IMG/VR virus record: IMGVR_UViG_3300048907_000031
Location: 1 to 41,411 of that record
Origin: a virus
Direction: 5' to 3' (one strand)
Length of the DNA stretch: 41,411 nucleotides
The first letter of the stretch is position 1, and each line of letters begins with the position of its first letter. The translations under genes and the position numbers were made by a program. Of the stretch, positions 1 through 8,549 are shown piece after piece. A model generated the notes under the pieces. The model ran no database searches and was not told the origin of the DNA. It saw nothing but the letters and a program-made list of their open reading frames with translations.

Positions 1-127
1 ATTATTTCAAAGTGCTGACAAACCGCCCGCTGCTTTATATTTGGTGGGGTTCGGCTCCGGCAGACTTGGCGGCTTATTGGGGCGGTTCGCTGGCCAATGT
101 CGCCGCGATGATTACGGCCTTGCGCGC
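1..127. repeat. Terminal direct repeat copy 1 (identical to 41285..41411); circular-closure overlap
   Basis: Read directly: bases 1-127 (attatttcaaagtgctgacaaacc...attacggccttgcgcgc) recur exactly at 41285-41411. This implies 41,284 unique bp, with the record opened inside a gene. Confidence 0.95.
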
Positions 128-608
128 TGCGGCGATTGCGGCAGGCCTCGGAACGCCTTACATCGTCGTTTTGAACGATCTCGACACAGCGGTTAAAACC
201 TCCATCGGGGCGGACGCTATCGGCGCTTATAACCCCACAGTCACACTAACGCCGAGCATGACATGGGCGGCCTATGAAACGGCTGTTGAGGCTTATTGGG
301 CGGCGCAGCTTGCGACTTCCGCGAAGTTCATTCCGAGTTGTTCAAGCGGTTGGACCCGCACCGGGATTTATCGGCGGCCCATGTCGTTCTACCAATCTAT
401 TCGCCCTTGGATGGGAAATCTTGTGACTGCGGCCCGCCCCTCGGCGGCCGAATTGAAGGCGCATATTACCGCCGTGCGGGCTTTTATCGCGGCAAATCCA
501 ACGCCGTGCGACGCCAATACGGCGCTTCTTTACGCATGGGACGAATGCGACGAAGGTAACGGCATTTGCCCCACCATCGGCAATCCAAACGGCATGGCGT
601 TGGTGTAA
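1..608 (+). CDS. 3' part of a wrap-around CDS (5' part at 40855..41284): putative glycoside-hydrolase-like (GH99-like TIM barrel?) virion-associated protein, ~345 aa when joined
   Basis: Track ORF 12..608 is in the same frame as the open frame from ATG 40855 once the 127-bp overlap is collapsed (40855-41284 = -429, in phase with 12). IGAIRWDAWY near the N-terminus and LLYAWDECDEG near the C-terminus resemble the YYxWY and NEWxEG signatures of GH99-type hydrolases. These signatures are recalled, not searched. Confidence 0.7.
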   Translation, partial: YFKVLTNRPLLYIWWGSAPADLAAYWGGSLANVAAMITALRAAAIAAGLGTPYIVVLNDLDTAVKTSIGADAIGAYNPTVTLTPSMTWAAYETAVEAYWAAQLATSAKFIPSCSSGWTRTGIYRRPMSFYQSIRPWMGNLVTAARPSAAELKAHITAVRAFIAANPTPCDANTALLYAWDECDEGNGICPTIGNPNGMALV

Positions 609-650
609 TCCTCGGCCATGCCGGTAACTAAACAGCTAAGGGCGGATTAA

Positions 651-1040
651 ATGGCTACGATTAATCAATTAACGTCTGTGGATACGCCATCAGGTTCTGA
701 CCTAGTTCCGATCTATTCCAGTTCAAACGGCGATACGCGCAAGCTGTCCCTCACTAATCTTGCAGCTTGGATTCTGAATGAAATTAACACAACGATCTCC
801 ACAACGAATTATGACAGCCCCTTCGTCAATCAAATCCCTATGGTTGTCGGGGTTGCTCAGGCGGCGCAGCGTAGCGTAGGCATTCTTTGCACCGTCGCAG
901 GGAATGTTAATATGCAGTTATCAAGCGGAGGAACAATTATTGTCCCTGTGCTACCCGGATGGCAAACTTTCCCGTTCGCTTGCACCGAAATCCTCAGTTC
1001 CGGAACTACTGCTACAGCTTCCTACTATAACTTGGTGTGA
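651..1040 (+). CDS. Small tail-fibre-like protein (fibre N-terminal anchor motif only)
   Basis: 129-aa ORF with ATG 651 after aagggcgga. The N-terminus MATINQLTSVDTPSGSDLVPIYSSSNGDTRKLSLTNL matches the common phage tail-fibre N-terminal pattern (recalled). It ends 3 nt before the next gene. Confidence 0.65.
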   Translation: MATINQLTSVDTPSGSDLVPIYSSSNGDTRKLSLTNLAAWILNEINTTISTTNYDSPFVNQIPMVVGVAQAAQRSVGILCTVAGNVNMQLSSGGTIIVPVLPGWQTFPFACTEILSSGTTATASYYNLV

Positions 1041-1043
1041 TCT

Positions 1044-2444
1044 ATGCAAGTTCCGATTGTATCCGGCATTTATACGGATAGCTTGGGCGATTTTCGTACT
1101 AGCTATCCGATTAACCTTATGGTTGTTCCGAAGCAGCAAGGCATATCTGACACTTATCTGCGCCCTGCGGATGGTATTGTTAGCCTCGGAACAGGACCGG
1201 GGCCGGATAGAGGCGGCATTAATTGGGGCGGGGTTTGCTTCCGCGTTATGGGTCAATATCTTTGCCGCGTTAGCTCTGCCGGTTCAATTGAACTGTTAGG
1301 CGACATTAGCGCAGGAACCAGAGCAACACTTGATTACAGCTTTGACCGGCTAGCGCTTTGTTCGGCTAATAAGCTGTATTATTACAATGGTACAACTGTC
1401 AATCAAGTTACTGATGTTAACCTTGGAAATGTTATTAGTTTTATTTGGGTTGACGGTTATTTCATGACTACGGATGGTTCAAGCATTGCTGTTACGAACC
1501 TGGGCGATCCGATGACGGTTAACCCGCTGAAGTATGGCAGTTCTGAAGCGGACCCTGACCCGATTGTGTGTTTGCTTAAGCTTCGGAACGAACCTTACGC
1601 CGTTAATCGCTATACGATTGAAGTCTTTCAGAACGTTGGCGGCCAATTCTTCCCGTTTCAGCGTCTTACAGGTTCGCAGATTATGCGCGGGGCTGTGGGA
1701 ACCTATGCCGCTTGCGTCTTCGATGACGTGATTGCTTTTGTTGGCTCTGGCCGAAATGAGCCACCTTCGGTTTGGCTTGGCGCTTCAGGAACTACGGTTA
1801 AGATAGCTTCGCGTGAGATTGATACAATTCTGCAAGGCTACACGGACGCGCAGCTTGCGGCGATTAGTGTTGATGTTCGCATTGATAAAGGCCACAAGCT
1901 TCTTTATATCCATTTGAACGATAAAACGCTTGTCTACGATGCGAACGCTTCGGCTGCACTCAAGACTAGCGTTTGGGTTATCTTGTCTTCGTCATTAACA
2001 GGTTACGGCGTTTACCGCGCTCGCAACTTCGCTTGGTGCTACGGTAAGTGGATCGTTGGTGATTCGATTGATTCGAGCGTTGGTTATTTCTCCAATACTA
2101 TATCTAATCATTATGGTGATACTGTTGGTTGGGAGTTTAGTACGCAAATCTTCTACAATGCGACGAATGGCTTAATATTCCATGAAATTGAACTTGTGGC
2201 TCTGACGGGAAATGTGGACTTTTCCCTAGACCCGGTTGTCTTTACTAGCTACAGTACAAACGGCGTCTCATGGTCCCAAGAAAGGCCGCGCCGTGTGGGC
2301 AAGTTAGGGCAAAGATCACAGCGCATTAACTGGCTTCAGCAAGGCAATATGCTTAACTGGCGTATTCAGAAGTTTAGAGGCAACTCAGATGCGCGTATTT
2401 CCCCAACCGCTCTTGAATGCAGGGTTGAGCAATTAAATGTTTAG
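1044..2444 (+). CDS. Tail hub / packaged-DNA stabilisation protein, P22 gp10-like
   Basis: 466 aa, against 472 aa for P22 gp10. Recalled similarity includes YPINLMVVP near the N-terminus and HKLLYIHLNDKTLVYDANAS versus P22 HELLIIHLPRHVLVYDASSS. It lies in the tail module. Confidence 0.8.
   Translation: MQVPIVSGIYTDSLGDFRTSYPINLMVVPKQQGISDTYLRPADGIVSLGTGPGPDRGGINWGGVCFRVMGQYLCRVSSAGSIELLGDISAGTRATLDYSFDRLALCSANKLYYYNGTTVNQVTDVNLGNVISFIWVDGYFMTTDGSSIAVTNLGDPMTVNPLKYGSSEADPDPIVCLLKLRNEPYAVNRYTIEVFQNVGGQFFPFQRLTGSQIMRGAVGTYAACVFDDVIAFVGSGRNEPPSVWLGASGTTVKIASREIDTILQGYTDAQLAAISVDVRIDKGHKLLYIHLNDKTLVYDANASAALKTSVWVILSSSLTGYGVYRARNFAWCYGKWIVGDSIDSSVGYFSNTISNHYGDTVGWEFSTQIFYNATNGLIFHEIELVALTGNVDFSLDPVVFTSYSTNGVSWSQERPRRVGKLGQRSQRINWLQQGNMLNWRIQKFRGNSDARISPTALECRVEQLNV
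2293..2301 (+). repeat. GTGTGGGCA motif copy 1
   Basis: Read in ccGTGTGGGCAag. It lies inside the gp10-like CDS, codons cGT GTG GGC Aag (R-V-G-K). Confidence 0.95.
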
Positions 2445-2691
2445 AATCTTAACGAAGATTAACAGACAACAGTATTCCGAATTTACGAATAATCCTCGCA
2501 CTGTAAAACAGTATGAGGATTTATTCTTAGCGGTTGACGCTATCAATGCGGGAACGATTGCGCCGGGTAGCGCCAATATTCCGCAAAATGTTGGTGACAT
2601 GACGTTTGAGGCGACTTCTAACACGGTACTAACCATTCGGCTAATGGGAACCGATGGCGTCGTTCGCTCTGCTACCTTGGGGCTTGTCTAA
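2437..2691 (+). CDS. Hypothetical small tail-module protein (84 aa)
   Basis: ATG 2437 overlaps the gp10-like stop by 8 nt. The ORF ends at the start of the next gene. Confidence 0.65.
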   Translation: MFRILTKINRQQYSEFTNNPRTVKQYEDLFLAVDAINAGTIAPGSANIPQNVGDMTFEATSNTVLTIRLMGTDGVVRSATLGLV

Positions 2692-3113
2692 TGCAATTGG
2701 CCGTCAACGATAAGATTAGCCAGTTTGAAGAATTGCTGTTGCAGCTTCCGCAAGTTTCGACGCCGGTAACGCATGAATTTTGCGATGGGCTTTACGCTCG
2801 CACTATGTTTATTCCGGCTGGCGTCGCGCTAACCGGAGCAATCCATAGAAGCGAAAACTTTCTATTTGTGCGAAGCGGTGAAATTAGCATCATTACTGAC
2901 GAGGGCATGAAGATGGCCGCAGCGGGCGACTTGATTAAATCAGGTGCTGGCGTCAAGCGGGCTGGATTTGCCCACACTGATACGATTATCACAACGGTTC
3001 ACGCGAACCCGTTGAATGAAACTGACGAAGAAACTTTATGGCAAATGTACGTTGTCCCGGATGACGAAGCCTTAGAGTTTAGGAAAACGCTTTTGATTGA
3101 GGTTACGCTATGA
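2691..3113 (+). CDS. Hypothetical protein, possible cupin-like beta-barrel (140 aa)
   Basis: The ORF is coupled to its neighbours (TAATG at 2691, ATGA at 3110). The beta-rich pattern GLYARTMFIPAGVALTGAIHRSENFLFVRSGEISI suggests a cupin fold. That fold assignment is inference only. Confidence 0.7.
   Translation: MQLAVNDKISQFEELLLQLPQVSTPVTHEFCDGLYARTMFIPAGVALTGAIHRSENFLFVRSGEISIITDEGMKMAAAGDLIKSGAGVKRAGFAHTDTIITTVHANPLNETDEETLWQMYVVPDDEALEFRKTLLIEVTL
2969..2977 (-). repeat. GTGTGGGCA motif, the only exact minus-strand copy
   Basis: The + strand reads tgcccacac at 2969-2977. Confidence 0.95.
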
Positions 3114-4057
3114 CTTTTGGATTAAGCGCAGGCGCAATCGGGGGCTTGACTACCGCAGCGGGTGGCATCGGTTCGGCCTTGCTTGGCGGCAATGCGGCGG
3201 GTAAAGCTTCGGCTGCGCAGATGATGGCGGCGCAGGCTGGCGTAGGTGGGGTTAACAATTCGATTAACCAAGCGAACGGCCTGTATCAGAATGATGTTAA
3301 TAATACGAACAACTTGCGTGAGCAAGGCATTAACTCCATAAATGGTTTTTACGGTAACGGCGTCAATAGTGTTAATAGCTATTTTGGCGCAGGCGCTGGG
3401 CAGGCTAATGACAAGCTTGCCCAATTTGCACAGATGATGCAGCCCTATATTAATGGCGGCAATGGCGCGCTGACTGCACAGCAAAACTTGCTTGGCATTA
3501 ACGGAAATGATGCGCAAACTGCGGCTATTAATGGCATTAAGACTAGCGGCCAGTACGACGCGCTTAACGCGCAAGGCCAGGACGCTATCTTGCAAAACGC
3601 TTCAGCTACAGGCGGTTTGCGTGGCGGCAATGTTCAAGGCGCGCTTGCTCAGTTTGCGCCCGCGTTGCTTAACCAAATGATCCAGCAGCAATACGCCAAC
3701 TTGGGTGGCCTTACCTCGATGGGCGCGAACGCGGCTAACAGTGTGGGCAATGCTGGTATTAATACGGGTAACGCAATCCTCGGTGCGGCGAGCAATGCCG
3801 GTAACACTATTGCTAATCTTGGTAGCAATGCTTCGTCCAATGAAAACGCGCTTAATCTAGGAACGATGCAGCAACTTAACAACCTTGGCATTAACCTATC
3901 TAATACGAGCATGAACGGCGCGCAGCTTATTAGCGGTTTGCTTAACCAATCCGGCGCAGCGCAGGCCGGTGGCGCATTGGCGCAGGGCAAGGCGCAGCAG
4001 AACGGGCTTAACTCTATCTTCCAGGGCCTTGGCTCTTGGCTTGGGGGCGGTAAATAA
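3110..4057 (+). CDS. Gly/Asn/Ala/Gln-rich internal virion (ejection-type) protein, 315 aa
   Basis: The position corresponds to the P22 ejection-protein block. It has a hydrophobic Gly-rich N-terminus (GLSAGAIGGLTTAAGGIGSALLGG) and low-complexity N/G/A repeats. ATGA and TAATG coupling occurs at its two ends. Confidence 0.75.
   Translation: MTFGLSAGAIGGLTTAAGGIGSALLGGNAAGKASAAQMMAAQAGVGGVNNSINQANGLYQNDVNNTNNLREQGINSINGFYGNGVNSVNSYFGAGAGQANDKLAQFAQMMQPYINGGNGALTAQQNLLGINGNDAQTAAINGIKTSGQYDALNAQGQDAILQNASATGGLRGGNVQGALAQFAPALLNQMIQQQYANLGGLTSMGANAANSVGNAGINTGNAILGAASNAGNTIANLGSNASSNENALNLGTMQQLNNLGINLSNTSMNGAQLISGLLNQSGAAQAGGALAQGKAQQNGLNSIFQGLGSWLGGGK
3741..3749 (+). repeat. GTGTGGGCA motif copy 2
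   Basis: Read in acaGTGTGGGCAat, codons aGT GTG GGC Aat (S-V-G-N). Confidence 0.95.
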
Positions 4058-5415
4058 TGGCCGGTGCAATTGGACCTATCGACTATTCGACGGGCGCAGA
4101 TAGCCCTTTGGCGGCCTTTAATCAGGGCTTTCAGAGCGCGGCTAATGTTGTCCAAACCCAACAGGCGCAGCAACAGGCGCAGCTTGCGCTTAACACGCAA
4201 CAGCAAATGAGCCGCGACGTTGCGCAAGTTTCGCAGAACCCTACGCCGCAGGCTATTGCGCAGCTTGCGGTAAAGTACCCCTCGCTTTCCGAGCATTTCG
4301 GGAAGTCTTTTAGCATGGTTGACCAAGCGCAAAAAGACCAAAGGCTTAACGCTGCGGTTCCGATCTACGCCGCAGTCAATAGCGATAATCCTGACGTTGC
4401 CATTAACTTGCTGAATAAGCAGGCCGACGCTTTGGAGGCCGCAGGAAAGACGCAAGAGGCGCAGTCCTCGCGTGATATGGCGAAGCTTGTCCAATCCAAC
4501 CCACAGGCCGCCAAGCTTAACATGGGCTTGGCTTTGGCCGCTGTTGGTGGCACGGACAAGTTTTCTTCGATGTTCCCGGCTGTCGGGAAAGAAGCGCGTG
4601 ATAATGCGCTTGCTCCTGCGACCGTGGCGAAAGCTGGCGCTGAAGCGACCAAGGCGCAGGCCGAAGCCGCTGTTGCCCCGCAAGCCGCCGTCCTGGCTAA
4701 CCGCAATATTCAAAGCCAGATCGCGGAACGGAGCGCGCGGCTTGGTTTGGATCAAGACAAGCTGACTTCTGAAATGCAAGTCAAAATGGAGGAATTGAAA
4801 GTTAAGCAGGGGCTTAACGCACTTCCTGACGCACGAAAGCTTGTTAACGATTCGGTTCAATCTTCTGTTCTGTCAAATGCTACAGCTGAAAAATATAACA
4901 CCTTGGCCAATGGTTTGGAGCAAGCCGGGACGCAAGGCAACTTCGCGGGGCGCGGTTGGGATGCTTTTCGCTCCATGACGGGCATTGACGGCGGCAATGA
5001 ACTTAAAAACTTGAAGATGGAATTTAACCGGCTTCGGGCGCAAGGTTTGGCCACGTCTATGCCGGGTGTTACCCGAATGACTGACAATGATATTAAGATC
5101 GCCTCTAAGGGCTTCCCCGATGCTGACGCGCCTTTGGCTCAGGTTACGGGCTTCCTTCGGGGCGTTGCAAAAATGCAACAGATTGACGCCGCGACCAATG
5201 CCATGAAAGCCGATTGGGCTAACTCAGTCGGAAGCTTGGGCAAGCCGAAGCAGGATATTAATGTCCAAGGCGTCACGGTTCAGGCTGGAATGAACTTCGC
5301 GGACTTTCAAAAGCAGTTTGTTGGAAGCATCGTAAACAAGTTTTCTCAACAGGCCAATACGAAAACTGTTCAAGAGCGCGACTATATGCAACACGCCAAC
5401 CCGGAAGCGCAATAA
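4057..5415 (+). CDS. Internal virion / ejection protein, 452 aa
   Basis: A long ORF coupled by TAATG at both ends. It is Q/A-rich with predicted coiled regions. The call rests on its position between the other ejection-type proteins. Confidence 0.75.
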   Translation: MAGAIGPIDYSTGADSPLAAFNQGFQSAANVVQTQQAQQQAQLALNTQQQMSRDVAQVSQNPTPQAIAQLAVKYPSLSEHFGKSFSMVDQAQKDQRLNAAVPIYAAVNSDNPDVAINLLNKQADALEAAGKTQEAQSSRDMAKLVQSNPQAAKLNMGLALAAVGGTDKFSSMFPAVGKEARDNALAPATVAKAGAEATKAQAEAAVAPQAAVLANRNIQSQIAERSARLGLDQDKLTSEMQVKMEELKVKQGLNALPDARKLVNDSVQSSVLSNATAEKYNTLANGLEQAGTQGNFAGRGWDAFRSMTGIDGGNELKNLKMEFNRLRAQGLATSMPGVTRMTDNDIKIASKGFPDADAPLAQVTGFLRGVAKMQQIDAATNAMKADWANSVGSLGKPKQDINVQGVTVQAGMNFADFQKQFVGSIVNKFSQQANTKTVQERDYMQHANPEAQ

Positions 5416-8400
5416 TGGCTAATGTCGGAACCGCCAAAGATACCGGAAACGAACTTTATACCCTTGCGTCTGTTATTCAGGGCGAAGCCGGGGGCGAAGG
5501 CCCTGAGGGGATGAAAGCTGTTGCCTCTGTTATCAAGAATAGAGCGGACAATAACTTTAACAATCTTGGTTCTGATCCGGTTGCGCAGGCTACGGCAAAA
5601 TCGCAATTTAATGGCCAATCGAAGCCGAGCAATGCGGCCTTGGTTACGGCTGCGCAATTGTTGAGCGGAAAGCTTGAAGACAATACAAGCGGCGCGTTGT
5701 TTTTTGCCAACCCTTCGGCGTCTTCGGCTAAATGGGCTAAGAACCTGAGTGAAGACAATTCGCTTAAGATTGGCAACCATTACTTTACCGATAATGTCGC
5801 GGGCGTTCCGTTCACGGCTTCCGGTAGTGTGGGCAAAGAAGGCCCTAGCACTTTCGACAAAGTTTCACAGCAAGCCGCAGCCATTGCACCTAATCAACTT
5901 GCGCAAGTTTATCAGGCGTATAAATCCGGTTCTATGGCTCCTGCGGATAGGGCGCAGTTTGAACATGATGTTAATAGCGGCTTGGTTATGCTTCCGCAAG
6001 GCGCTTCGCTCGAAACGAAGGCCAAAACGCCGCATCCTGATTCAGCGGTTGAATTGCCGCAGCCCGTAATTGAAGCCTACAACAAGGCCGCTGCGGACCC
6101 GTATAACCAAAGCCTTATGCCTGTCAATCAGCGCCAGCAACTCGACGCCGATTTGAAGAATGGAATTGTTAAACTTCCGCAGGGCGCTACGCTTAATCAA
6201 ACCTATCCGAGCATCGTTGACAAAGCTAAGGAAATGGTTACAGGCGAAGGTCGTTCGACGCCTATGTCGAAGCAATTGCCTGAAATTACAGAAGGTAATC
6301 CGCACGGCGCTTTGCTTGAAGGCGTAAGCCCCGAAAAGGGTTTGCTTATGTCTTCGGCGCTGTTGACAGCCACAGACCCTAATCAGATGGCGGAGATTCT
6401 TAAGAATGGTTCGCCCAACATTCGTATTACCCGCGATGACCATGGCAATATTTATGCGGCCAATACTGCGAATGGCGCGGAGTTTGTCTTAAATCGCCCC
6501 GGCTTGTCCAAGATGGATATTTTGCAGGGCATTGGCCTTGGCGCGGCGTTCACGCCTGCGGCGAAGGCTGCGACCATTGGTGGCGCGGCTCTGGCGTCCG
6601 GTGCGACGCAAGCGGCTATTGAGGCCTCCCATGCGGCGGCGGGCGGCTCTGCGGACCTAATGGCTATTCCTGTGGCTGCTGCGACGGGCGGCGCGGTTCC
6701 GGCTGTCGTCAATACCGTGCGGGCGGCTGCGGCCCCTGCGAAGGCGCTCTTGAACAGCGCGCTAGGTCGTGAGGCTGCGCCCCTGGCGGAAACGGTTGCC
6801 GAAGGGGCCGCGCCTGAAGCCGCTGCGGCAGTTGCTCCTAAGCCTGTTGCCCCCGAAGCGGCCCCGGTTGCGGCGGAAGTGAAACCGGCTGTGCAAGATG
6901 CCGCGCCAGCGCCCAACCAAACCTTTAGCGAATTGACGCAAACGACGAAGAAAGCAGCCGAAGGCGACAACCGCGCCGTTAAAATTCTGACGGGTGAAAC
7001 GTCGCCTAATGCTGAGACGCTGCAAAGCGCCAAGGAACTTGGCGTAGAGCATTTGCTTGACCCGGATCATGTCACAACTAACCAAGCGTTCCGTGAAATT
7101 GCGCAAGGCGTAAAGTCGTTTCCCGGTTCGGAAGCTAGAGCGCAGGAAGCTACCAATCTTAAACAGGTTGCGGCTAGGGCCGATAAGCTTGTCGAAGAAT
7201 TGGGCGGAACGCATGACTTAAGCCAGCTTTCGGGCGATGTTAAGTCTAGCCTTAACGCAACGCAACAGGAACTCGATAAGCAGGCGGAACAGCTTTACGG
7301 AAAGCTTCATGCTAATATTCCGGCGAAAGCGCCTGTTGAGGCGAACAACGTCCTAGACTTTGTGAAGCAGCGTGCGGACGAATTGGGCGGCGCGCAGAAC
7401 CTTTCGCCTATGGAAAAGCAAATTCTGGCGAAGCTTGGGCCGAAGGCTGAAAAGGCTGCGGAAGTCGCGCTTCCGGCTGAAGGCTCGCGTTTGACGGCGC
7501 AGGATTATCAGAACCTAATCAAAGCCAAGAATGCGGCGGCAACCGGCGCAACGTCAACCAAAATGCCCACATACGCGCTGCTTGACGATGTTCGCAGGGA
7601 TATAGGCAGCGGCCTAAAAAATGCTGGCCCGTTTAAAGATGAAGACATTGGGCTGAAGAAAAAGCTTTATAGCCTCATTAGCGAAGATCAAGCGAACGTC
7701 GCCGCACAGCATGGCATGGGCGATACGTTTACCGCTGCAAAACAGGCTGTTCAGGTTCGCAAGGGCATTGAAAACGATCTTACGAACTTGTTTGGCAAGC
7801 ATCTTGATGCGTCAATGGTCCAAAGCGTTAATTCCGCAATGGGCGCATTGGTCAAGGGCGACAATAATCAGCTTATCAATCTGCTTAAGAGCGTTCCGGC
7901 GAATATGCGGCAAAGCGTTGTAGCTTCAGGCCTAAATATGGCTTTCGGGCGAAGCGCAGCTAGGCAGGAGTTAAGCTTCACACATTTCGCGAAATGGTAT
8001 GAAGGCCTAGCCAAAAACAAGCAATCGTTTAACGCAGTTATGTCGAACCTTCCGCCTGAAGCTACGCGCCAGCTTCAGAACCTTTACAACGTCTCCAAGG
8101 GTATTAGCCAAGCTACCGGGCAGAAAATCGCTACGGGCCGCTTGGCTGAAATCCGCAAAGCGTTTGAAGGGCAGGCTGACGGGCTGCTAGACAAGCTTTA
8201 TTCCGTCGCCAACAAGGCAGGGAAGGGCTTCGCGCTTGAGGCCGCCACGTCAGCCCTAGGGATGCACGGCGCAGGCATAGGGGCCGCCCTGACTTCGGCG
8301 CTAGTCGGCGGCAAGACGAACGCCCTGAAGGCGGCTGACGCGCTCCTAGCGTCGCCTGATTTCCGCGCCGCCGCGATGGCTGGCGCTTCCGGCGATACGA

Positions 8401-8549
8401 AGGCCGCAGCGCAGAAAATCGCTTACTCCAAGCCGTTCCTTCAATTTGTCCGAAGTGTGGGCAATCCGCGCGAAATGACGAACAAAGAACAATGGGTTAT
8501 GAAGGCTTTGCAGAAGCGCAATCAAAGCAGGAACGAGGATAAGAAATAA
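5415..8549 (+). CDS. Large internal virion / ejection protein with N-terminal SleB-type cell-wall hydrolase domain, 1044 aa
   Basis: The N-terminus LASVIQGEAGGEGPEGMKAVASVIKNRADN...SQFNG...GALFFANP matches the SleB/CwlJ (Hydrolase_2) signature (recalled). A long Ala/Pro linker follows at ~aa 420-500. Size and position are typical of podovirus ejection proteins. Confidence 0.8.
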   Translation: MANVGTAKDTGNELYTLASVIQGEAGGEGPEGMKAVASVIKNRADNNFNNLGSDPVAQATAKSQFNGQSKPSNAALVTAAQLLSGKLEDNTSGALFFANPSASSAKWAKNLSEDNSLKIGNHYFTDNVAGVPFTASGSVGKEGPSTFDKVSQQAAAIAPNQLAQVYQAYKSGSMAPADRAQFEHDVNSGLVMLPQGASLETKAKTPHPDSAVELPQPVIEAYNKAAADPYNQSLMPVNQRQQLDADLKNGIVKLPQGATLNQTYPSIVDKAKEMVTGEGRSTPMSKQLPEITEGNPHGALLEGVSPEKGLLMSSALLTATDPNQMAEILKNGSPNIRITRDDHGNIYAANTANGAEFVLNRPGLSKMDILQGIGLGAAFTPAAKAATIGGAALASGATQAAIEASHAAAGGSADLMAIPVAAATGGAVPAVVNTVRAAAAPAKALLNSALGREAAPLAETVAEGAAPEAAAAVAPKPVAPEAAPVAAEVKPAVQDAAPAPNQTFSELTQTTKKAAEGDNRAVKILTGETSPNAETLQSAKELGVEHLLDPDHVTTNQAFREIAQGVKSFPGSEARAQEATNLKQVAARADKLVEELGGTHDLSQLSGDVKSSLNATQQELDKQAEQLYGKLHANIPAKAPVEANNVLDFVKQRADELGGAQNLSPMEKQILAKLGPKAEKAAEVALPAEGSRLTAQDYQNLIKAKNAAATGATSTKMPTYALLDDVRRDIGSGLKNAGPFKDEDIGLKKKLYSLISEDQANVAAQHGMGDTFTAAKQAVQVRKGIENDLTNLFGKHLDASMVQSVNSAMGALVKGDNNQLINLLKSVPANMRQSVVASGLNMAFGRSAARQELSFTHFAKWYEGLAKNKQSFNAVMSNLPPEATRQLQNLYNVSKGISQATGQKIATGRLAEIRKAFEGQADGLLDKLYSVANKAGKGFALEAATSALGMHGAGIGAALTSALVGGKTNALKAADALLASPDFRAAAMAGASGDTKAAAQKIAYSKPFLQFVRSVGNPREMTNKEQWVMKALQKRNQSRNEDKK
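5827..5835 (+). repeat. GTGTGGGCA motif copy 3
   Basis: Read in gtaGTGTGGGCAaa, codons aGT GTG GGC Aaa (S-V-G-K). Confidence 0.95.
8455..8463 (+). repeat. GTGTGGGCA motif copy 4
   Basis: Read in gaaGTGTGGGCAat, codons aGT GTG GGC Aat (S-V-G-N), 86 nt before the gene end. Confidence 0.95.

Noticed and set aside
3649-4860. A 403-aa ORF on the minus strand, antisense to two ejection-protein genes.
   Set aside because: It lies entirely inside a chain of translationally coupled + strand genes. Its Arg/Leu/Ser-rich, low-complexity translation is typical of the antisense frame of Ala/Gln-rich genes. It has no SD and no start context.
6452-7033. 193-aa and 150-aa minus-strand ORFs over the Ala/Pro-rich linker of the 1044-aa protein.
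   Set aside because: GC- and Ala-rich coding sequence is stop-poor in the antisense frames. The ORFs are nested in a well-supported gene.
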